Shown piece after piece: positions 54,554 through 64,000 of a stretch of 64,000 nucleotides of DNA. Origin of the DNA: Octopus vulgaris. Its lineage: Eukaryota. Both the position numbers and the translations under genes were made by a program. The notes beneath the pieces were generated by a model that saw nothing but the letters and a program-made list of their open reading frames with translations, searched no databases and had not been told where the DNA came from. Position 1 is the first letter of the stretch. Each line of letters begins with the position of its first letter. The stretch is from NCBI GenBank assembly GCA_951406725.2, contig OX597814.1, forward strand, positions 220,100,001-220,164,000, written 5' to 3'.

Positions 54554-57317
54554 CTGTGAAATAGCAAAATTTCAAACGTATTATTCTAAACAGCTTGTGA
54601 CAGTATATAAATTAATAATAATGATTTTTTTTCTTCAATAAATAATAATAATAATGGTTTCAAATTTCGACACAAGGTTAGCAATTTTGGGAGAGAGGGT
54701 AAATTAATTACACTGACCCCAGTGCCCAACTGGTCCTTATTTTATCGACCCTGAAAGGACGAATAGGCACAGTCGTACTAGGTGAGATTTGAACTCAGAA
54801 TGTAAAGATGGTTGAAATGCCGCAAAGACTAGCAAAATGCTGCTAAGCATTTTGTCCACCATGCTAATGATTCTGCCAGCTTGCCACTTTAATAATAATA
54901 ATCCTTTCTACTATAGGCACAAGGCCTGGAATTTGGGAGGAGGGGACTAGTTGATTACATCAACCTCAATGCATAACTGGTACTTATTTCATTGACCCTG
55001 AAAGGACAAACAGCAAAATCGACCTAGGTGGAATTTGAACTGAGAACATAAAGACAGATGAGATGCTACTAAGCATTTTGCATGTTATCCAATAATCATT
55101 ATAATTGTTATTATTATCATTATTATTTTTTCTAATGGAGAAGGTTAGTTAATTACGTTGACCTTAGTACTTGATCAGTACTTTACTGTATTGATCTCAG
55201 TGAGGTGATAGGCAAAAGATTAAAATACAACTGTAAACTATAAAATAAGTCATGCTTTTATAAACTTGAAGAAAAGGGCCATCATCTCGAGTATTTTAAT
55301 TCAGACAGAACCAATAACAGGCACCCCAGAAAAACCCCTCACATTACAAATTTAAAAAATGGAACAATAAACTTTCTGCTATTCATTATTATTCTTAGTA
55401 TTATATTCTATTATTTTAATCCTAATCATTATCTGAAATTATTGTTATTATCATCATTATCATTTTATTTTACCATCATCATCATCATCATCATCATTGT
55501 CACCCCCCCCCCCCCCAAACATATTCTCTTCAGTTCTGAGGCTTCTCTCAGTTATGTCAGTTCTCGGTTCCTTCCTGCAGCTTAGAGACATAACATTTTC
55601 CCCAACCAAGTCTGGTTCTTATTTCACTTATCTACAGTCGCTGCTAGGTCAAGTACAAGAGGTGGCAGTCAGCCATCTCCAGTATCTACCAGCTTAAATG
55701 GTGTTAGACAGGTCTCTTGGACACCCCTTATTTATGAGAGAAATGTCAAGGATTGAATCTAAACCTAATGATGCTAATAAGGGTTATATACTAAAAGTCA
55801 TAATAGTGAAGGTGTTGAGTCTGGCAGACCGTTCTGTGGAACAGTGGCGCAAGCCCAGTCATAATCAAGCTGCTGGCCAACAATGGCAAAAGAGGTCCGA
55901 ATTTAATTGTCCTCTGTGGTCAGAAGAACACAAATTGTTGAAGTCTGTCTGAGATATGAGGGCAACAGAAAAGGATTATTAAATCTCTGGAGGGAATGTT
56001 ACCACTAAGATGAGTTGAAGGATGTGAGTGAACAGAGACTGGCTAAGTCAATGATCAAGAAGTGGTTAGAAAAAGTGAAACAAGAGGATAATATACAGGC
56101 AGTGAGGAATGAACTGCAGGAGACTATGGTTCTAATCATCATCATCATTGTTCGACCGTGGTCGAGACAATGGAATTTACCATGCTACGCCAGACTTCAC
56201 GGTCCATCATGGCATTACGGAGGTCCTGTTGCTGGATGCCTGTATCCCTGGAGATTACATCAGGGTAGGAGAGTGTGCGCCCTCTGGTATTGCGAGCAGA
56301 TGGCTTCCAGAGGAGAAGAGTAGAAATTACCTCTTTTTAAGCTCTACAACAATATCCAGCAAACTGGACTCTCCTACCTTTCACAAGAGATGACACAGGT
56401 GGTAGTTTCCCATAAATTTGCATTTTGGTTGGATGGCGCTTCCACGAGATATTTTGAGCTCTCATAAGGAGGCGAGTGTAGGTTCCATCCATCCGCCTCT
56501 CAAGCTTCTTTGATGACGTCCAGGTTTCTGAGCCATATAGTAGAATTGGTTCGACTGTGGATTTGAAGATTTCAAGTTTGAAGTCTCTAAAGAAACACCT
56601 GTTGCACGAGAGAATCTGTAGGGTTTGGAGACAGAAAAAGGAAATATACCAGCTGTAGAAGAACAGAATGTACTTCCATGGGAAAAGCTACAGGAAGAGA
56701 TTAGTTGTGCCATTTTTTGTATGTTTTATTTTGGCATGTTTTTCTTGAGCCCTATGCTTTTCATATTTCCAGCCACTTAGCTTGAGTACTTCACCCAGTA
56801 CATTCTGTAATGTCTCCTTTACTTGTTTCAGTCATTTGACTGCGGCCATGCTGGAGCACTGCCTTTAATCGAGCAACTCGACCCCGGGACTTATTCTTTT
56901 GTAAGCCCAGTATTTATTCTATCGGTCTCTTTTGCCGAACCGCTAAGTAACGGGGACATAAACACACCAGCATCGGTTGTCAAGCAATGCTAGGGGGACA
57001 AACACAGACACACAAACATATACACATACATATATATATATATTTACATATATATGACGGGCTTCTTTCAGTTTCCATCTACCAAATCCACTCACAAGGC
57101 TTTGGTCAGCCCGAGGCTATAGTAGAAGACACTTGCCCAAGGTGCCACGCAGTGGGACTGAACCCGGAACCATGTGGTTGGTAAACGAGCTACTTACCAC
57201 ACAGCCACTCCTGCGCCTCTCTTTTATAATAAAATATATAAAAAATATGATCATTCAATAAATATTATTAATAACGTGGAAATTAGTTTAAGTGGTAATT
57301 TCAGCTAGTCTACTTAC

Positions 57318-57421
57318 TATCTTCTTCTGTACGAACATCATCGGAGCTCTCACTGAAATTACTTGTACCGATATCATTTGTGGCTGCTACTCGGAATCGA
57401 TAGATAGTATTAGGCTTTAAG
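57318..57421 (-). CDS. sdk: Sidekick-like exon, end of an FN3 repeat (LKPNTIYRFRVAATNDIGTSNFSESSDDVRTEED)
   Basis: ttttttcag acceptor and GTAAGT donor; 104 bp, phase 2 to 1. Resembles the Sidekick motif LKPFTSYKFRVxATNDIG...S. Confidence 0.85.
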
Positions 57422-57829
57422 CTGAAAAAAGAAAAAAAAATTTATCAGCATTATTTATTTATAATCATTATCATTAACAGTAATTATTATTTCTACTGAC
57501 AGTAGTTATTATTTCTACTCTAGCATAGAGTAAAGTTGAATGGTTACATTTTTTTTTCCAGCCTGGTTTTATTTATCTCAACAAATATTGAATGATGTGT
57601 TGAAAAACATTTTGAAAACATGCCAAAATACACCGATTATAGAAATGAAGAAAGTATTAAGAATTTTAGATGCATTGAGATTAAGTCTAATATGATGATG
57701 TTAATTGAATGTGCTACTGACAAACATTTTATTGAATCTAATTTTACCTATGTTCATGTTTGCCTTAGTACTACCCTCATCCTTATCACCTTCATAATCC
57801 AAATTTCAAATTTAGTTTTGCAAACAGGC

Positions 57830-60060
57830 TGGATTAGGAATGAGTTGCATCTTGCCAAGTCAGAATATGAGGTTACAAGGTTAAAAACCAAAAAAAAAAA
57901 AACCAAAAAAAAAATTCATATCTTATCACTGATGAGACTTGATGTTCTGACTGAACATTAGTAAGTCATCATCAGCTGCAGGAAAAATGTGGGTGGGAAG
58001 AAAATTCCAAGGGGATAACATTTGAGGAAACAGGATTAGGAATTGCGGTTAGAGCTGAGCCTAAGCTAGAAAGATACAGTGTGTATGAGGTTAAGCTATG
58101 TCTGGTGAGGTTGGGTGGAGATAGTATATATAACAAGCTAGTTCTGAGAAACAGAGATCAATGTATTGGTAAATAACAAATTAGGAGGAGTAGTTAGAGA
58201 GCACTTCTGTTGGTTAGGGGTTGGAATGTAATTCTTTTGCTAATCAATTACCTGATATTCTTATGGATGTGATTTAGGTGGTTTAGGCATGTAGTAATGC
58301 AGTATCATCCTCATCCTAGACATCACAGCAGTATTTCATTATGGCTATTACTTTGAGCTTTGTCAAGAGTCGGCAGATAATCAGAGCTGATGTGTTTTCT
58401 GGTCTTGAAGTTAGAGCTAGTTTTTGAAATGCAGTGTTTGCTATGTTGTGAATATGAAACCTCTAGGGAAATTGTGTAGTATAGCTTTTGTAGTTGACAT
58501 TGAAGTTTTCTACTGCATGCTGCCAAGATTAACCCTTTTGTTACCATATTTGCCATTAAGAATTGAGAACAAACTAAAATGCCTTAATTTCCTAACCAGA
58601 AAGCAAGCACTGTAAAATACATATTCAACAACAAGAAAGTTGTTAATGTACAGGAGGTAGAGTGCAGGTGACATAACTGAGCCTTAGAAGACATTGTAAT
58701 TGATAGAGTGTTGGGTCAAGTAGAACCCTATGAGCGCATGCTGTGGTAGAGTAATTCACTAAAATACTTCTGACACAAAAGACAGATAGAGCACATAAGT
58801 GGATAGTTGTATGAAGAGGGGTCTTTTTATTATGTGCCAAACAAGATCAAGTTCTTTGATGATATCAAGTGAAGCAACACTGCTTTCACCAAAAACTTTT
58901 CAAGTGTGAGGAAAACTGGTGGATAACATAGAAAAATAAGTCTCAGCAGATTTGGTACAATAGTATTTGTACATCTGGTTCTTGAGGAAGGAGAGGTTTT
59001 CAAGATGTTAGAGAAGTGACTTTTCCAATCACTTTTGTAATGTCAGAAAGGAGAGTAAGAGGCCAGTAATTAGTAAAGTCAGAGAGATTGCCCTTTTTCT
59101 GGATGAGGTACAATATGGCATGTTTCTGAAAATCTGAATATATCCCTGTATAGAGAGACTCTCTTTTTACTCTTTTCTCTTTTACTTGTTTCAGTCATTT
59201 GACTGCGGCCATGCTGGAGCACCACCTTTAGTCGAGCAAATTGACCCCGGGACTAATTTTTTGTAAGCCCAGTACTTATTCTATCGGTTTCTTTTGCCGA
59301 ACCGCTAAGTGACGGGGACGTAAACACACCAGCATAGGTTGTCAAGCAATGCCAGAGGGACAAACACAGACACACAAACATATACACACATACATATATG
59401 TATACATACATATATACGACAGGCTTCTTTCAGTTTCCGTCTACCAAATCCACTCACAAGGCATTGGTCGGCCCGAGGCTATAGAAGAAGACACTTGCCC
59501 AAGGTGCCACGCAGTGGGACTGAACCCGGAACCATGTGGTTGGTTAGCAAGCTACTTACCACACAGCCAGTCCCGATTAAAAATTTGGTAGAAAATAAGG
59601 GCTGTCTTTAAAACACAATAGTTGAAGATACTGACACTGCCAGAGATAGTGAGTAAGTGGTTTGAAGTGAGAGGAGGAGGTAATTTGCACTTGGCGGCAA
59701 ATATGAGGCAGAAAGAAAAGTTGAATGGAAATGGATTTTGTTGAAGGAGTTTTCCAATGTGTGCAATGTGGAATCGGATTAGGTTTGGAAGAAAATATTG
59801 AACTTGGGGTTTATGAGCTTTGGTTATGTGAAGGATGCAAAGAGAAATCCCTAAGAGGATGGATTTCAGTTAAATAGTCGGCAGTTTAGGATGTTTCAGA
59901 GATAAAGCACATACACTGCCAAGTATAGTTTGCTCAACACTGGCAGATTTCCAACCAGTTCTAACCAGTTCTAACCAGTTCTAACCAGTTCTAACCAGTT
60001 CTAACTGACAATGAAGTGCTATACTCTTTTGGTTCACCAGTTTTCAACATTTGCAAAATG
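57830..60060 (-). mobile_element. Heavily decayed CR1/Jockey-like LINE with a SINE inserted at 59161-59570
   Basis: Minus-strand remnant KHAILYLIQKKGNLSDFTNYWPLTLLS..TKV, corresponding to the RT N-terminal 'PKKG...NYRPI' motif. Confidence 0.6.
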
Positions 60061-60849
60061 GACTTGAATGATTTTCTAAATTCACTAGATACACTATAGG
60101 CACAGGAGTGGCTGTGTGGTAAGTAGCTTGCTAAACAACCACATGGTTCCGGGTTCAGTCCCACTGCGTGGCATCTTGGGCAAGTGTCTTCTGCTATAGC
60201 CCCGGGCCGACCAATGCCTTGTGAGTGGATTTGGTAGAAGGAAACTGAAAGAAGCCTGTCGTATATATGTATATATATATATATGTATGTGTGTGTGTTT
60301 GTGTGTCTGTGTTTGTCCCCCTAGCATTGCTTGACAACCGATGCTGGTGTGTTTACGTCCCCGTCACTTAGCGGTTCGGCAAAAGAGACTGATAGAATAA
60401 GTACTGGGCTTACAAAGAATAAGTCCCGGGGTCAATTTGCTCGACTAAAGGCGGTGCTCCAGCATGGCCGCAGTCAAATGACTGAAACAAGTAAAAGAGT
60501 AAAAGAGAGAGTATACAAGTTCCTAAAAAAGTACCTATTTCTTTCAGGTGGGCAACTGTAAATTCAAAATGCGATTGGGTGCATTAATTCTTTCATTTAC
60601 CACTGCCACCACCGTCATAACAATTTTTGCTTTTCCATGCTTGATAGGTCAGACAGAAATTGTTGGGGCAGATTTTCTATGACTGGACGCCCTTCCTAAA
60701 ACAAAACGTCACTCATTTCTATGTAAAGTTCCCCATGACTGAATATGTTTTTGTGAAAGATAGGATTTGTATTACACCAATTGCATGACAATAACATTCA
60801 TCTTTCAACAATCATGTGATGTCAAGACACACACACACACACACATGGG

Positions 60850-61110
60850 TAAGCTGAAGAGTGACCTCTTAGCTGTCAATATAGCTCACAGCAGCTTTGA
60901 ACAAACAGCCTTGGAATGGATAAAATGGAGATCATCATGCCAAAATGGTACAAGAGGCTTTGTTTCAAGTTAAGAAGCGCAAAGGCAAAGGAGAAAAACT
61001 GCAAATATCCTGCCTGCACTGACTCATAATCCTCATACTTGTAACATTTGCAGGCTTCTTTGCAAATTGTTCGTGGGACCCAAACGCCACATTTGACATA
61101 TGCATTATGA
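60850..61110 (+). mobile_element. RTE LINE 3' remnant with zinc-finger trace
   Basis: KLKSDLLAVNI..FEQTALEWIKWRSSC and CNICRLLCK...H. Confidence 0.55.
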
Positions 61111-61216
61111 CTTACAAAGGAAGTGTAGGTTGCCAGATCCTCATATGTAGAAACCGACAGGAGAATCCATCATTATCATTTAATGTCCACTTTCCATGCT
61201 GGCATGGGTTGGACAT

Positions 61217-61260
<44 letters not shown>

Positions 61261-62201
61261 TATATATTTATATATCTGAAATAGGACTTCTTTCTATCTT
61301 CACCTATCAAATTCACTCACATGGCTTTGATTGGCTTGTGGGATATATCATTACACACTTGTCTAAAGTGCCGCCACACAATGTGATGGATCCCAAAATT
61401 ACATGGTTAGGAAGTAAACTTCTTAACCAGACACCAATGCCTGCACCCAATATAGTGAAAAACCTTTTGTTCACTTGTTAAATTGTTATTAATTTAAGTA
61501 TTTAAGCAGTGTAAGTTCCTGAAACAGAAATGTGGTAATTTAAACATAAAAGCCATTATAACCTGGATAAAAGGTGCAGACGACAGAAAAAAAAGTAAAA
61601 CTAATATTGGAAAGAATACTTTTCTTTTTTGTCTAATTTGCCTTGTAACCTTGACTGTAGATGAGTAGGTAGAGAGGGAAACACTTGAGACCAAACCAAA
61701 ACACTTTCGCTTCTTAATAAGGAAGCGCTTACTAAACACAAACCCATATTCAATGGAATTTATACAACAAATAAATGCAAAACTAAATTACAGCTTCATG
61801 ACCCAAATATTCTAAACCCATCAAGGTCAAACACTTCAAGAGCTATTCAAAACTGGAACTAATAGAATGCCAAAATAAGATATAACTAAGTGGGTTAATG
61901 TCATGGGAAGCAAAAAGCCATGCTGAAAATTTTTGAAATTTGATGAAACTCCTAAGAATGTCTTTTACTTGTTTCAGACATTTGAAAGTGGTGATGTTAT
62001 ACTGGGGAGCTGCCTTGAAGGGTTCAGTCAAACATTGATCACAGCACATTTTTTACTTTAAGCTTGGTACTTATTTTATCAGTCTTTTGCTAAACTGCTA
62101 AGTTCAGTAAACCAGCTAAGACTGGATGTCAAGTGATGGTGGTGGTGGTAGGGACAAGCAAACAGAAAGGCACTCACACATAAGTACATAGATGTGTGTG
62201 T

Positions 62202-62265
<64 letters not shown>

Positions 62266-62349
62266 ATATACACAGTTATCTATAAAGACACATGCATAGA
62301 TACATATATACATATATATATATATATATGCATATACACATACATACAT

Positions 62350-63632
62350 ATTCATGGGAGATTTTACCAACAGTACTCAGGAGTGGCCATGGGAACGAGA
62401 ATGTGCCCCAACTATGCAAACCTGTTGGTTGGCTATGTTGAGGCCTAAATATTCTCACAATTCATTGGTCCCACTCCCGAACTATATGGTCATTATATTG
62501 ATGACTGAATTGGTGCAACCTCAACCTCCCACAGACAACTAGACTCCTTCCTCTCTTTTGTCCAATCCTTCCATCCTGTCCTAGATTTCTCCTGCACCAT
62601 TTCCAACATTTCCATCGCATTTCTCAACATTTCGGTCAACATACACCACCCCGTTCTCACTACCTCCCTCCTCTACAAACACTGACTCACACTCCTACTT
62701 TAACTTCTCTTCCTCCCACTCTACCCACACCAAGTTCTCCATCCCCTACTCCCAATTCCTCCAGCTGTGCAGGCTCTGCAGTGACAACCATGACTTTGGA
62801 ACTCAGTCGCAACTCATGGCCCGCCACTTCATCCTTCGCATATATCTTCTCACCATTATCTATACAGCCCTTGCCTGAGCATGTTCTGTGGACTGTGCCT
62901 CTGCTCTCTCTCCCTGCACCTGCCCATCTCCTGTTTCCCCTCACCTATCACCCTCCAATGCACCATTCTCCTTGCACATCTTCCCCAACCTACCCATTCT
63001 CTCTTTCAAATGTGCCCACAACTCTACTGGTCATTCACTACAACACCTGTCTGTGTTCAGATTGTCTTTGCACAGGGGCCATCCTGACTCCTGCCTATGC
63101 CGTAAACAGGAATTAATCTTCTCTCTTCACACATGGGCTCAACACATTGATACCCCATTCACTCATCCCCACCCCACTCCACACAAACTAGCACTGACCA
63201 CTTCCCAGCACCCCCACACTATCATCTGCACACCTACACACCATCATCTGCACACCCACTTACCATCATCCACACACCCATACATTACAGACAGACACAC
63301 TTGTGCACACATCCACACACATCAAACTCACTAGCCCCTATCCACACAAACACACACTTACACATTCTCATATACACACACACCTTCGTCTTGGGATCAC
63401 CAATACTTTATTATTTCCCCTTATTTCTATCTCTCCTGTCAAACCTCGCTTGACTGCTAAATCCATGTTATTTTGTTCTCTCTCTGCTTATTTTTTAAAA
63501 TTCCTTTCTGCTGAAGAGCATAGGCTCGAAACATAAAAGACTTTCTCACTTTCCCAAGCATCAACCTAATACACCTGCTTGTTGTTCATACACCTGTCTT
63601 CATCTTTTATTTTTCTGTAAGTTTCAACTATG
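62350..63632 (+). mobile_element. Internally deleted Penelope-like element with 3' region
   Basis: [21 protein letters not shown] and YIDD; ends next to a TA-rich stretch after a hammerhead motif. Confidence 0.8.
63504..63539 (+). ncRNA. Minimal variant hammerhead in the Penelope 3' region
   Basis: CTTT CTGCTGA a GAGC atag GCTC GAAA ca TA AAAG. Stem I is CTTT/AAAG; stem II is GAGC/GCTC. Confidence 0.6.
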
Positions 63633-64000
63633 TATATATATCGTAAAATATATTTGCCAACTAAATGTGGTGGTCCCATAGAGAACAACGTCACTGTCAT
63701 TTTTAACCGCAGGAAAACATCTCCGGCTGTGTCTGATTAGTATTTGCGAAGGGAGGTCATTGTTCCCATCTCTAGCCTTACATGAAACACACAGACCCAG
63801 GTTTCTGGATCTGTAGTTACCCATTTTCAGTGTGATAATCACCAGCTAGAGATGGAAACTCATTCCACTTGCAAACTGTTGCTGGCCTTGAAATGTCTGA
63901 GTGAGAGGTAAACAGTCACTACTGTTTACCTCTTGCTCAGAGATTTAATATGGCTTATTTCTCCTTTCCCCTTGGTTTGGTATGCTGTGAAGCTGGCAAG

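Noticed and set aside
57929-57975. 47 nt hairpin starting CTGATGA (miRNA, snoRNA or ribozyme candidate)
   Set aside because: It is short and bulged, has no GAAA core or terminal D box, and lies within a decayed LINE remnant.
59953-60005. (AACCAGTTCT)x5 as a telomere-like repeat
   Set aside because: It is a short local minisatellite, not TTAGGG.

Overview
AT-rich, microsatellite-rich animal genomic DNA. The tRNA-derived SINEs, RTE/CR1/Penelope retroelements and (TA)n tracts look cephalopod (Octopus-like); this assignment is inferred. The window lies inside one large minus-strand gene. Seven short GT-AG exons (57421-57318, 54553-54483, 44508-44393, 41579-41396, 40691-40557, 26655-26494, 21899-21774) encode consecutive fibronectin type III repeats that match the membrane-proximal ectodomain of Sidekick. 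One exon expected between 54483 and 44508 could not be found. The introns hold SINEs, LINE remnants, Penelope and Gypsy fragments, Helitron- and piggyBac-type non-autonomous elements, a 5 kb higher-order satellite inside an RTE LINE, and a 1.5 kb GAA tract. The most unusual signal is a set of non-coding fold-back (palindromic) elements, unrelated in sequence and mostly in or next to (TA)n. Five of them carry an outward-pointing type I hammerhead ribozyme motif in each arm. Single hammerhead motifs also occur at 50582 and at the 3' end of a Penelope fragment (63504). All calls were made by eye, without database searches.
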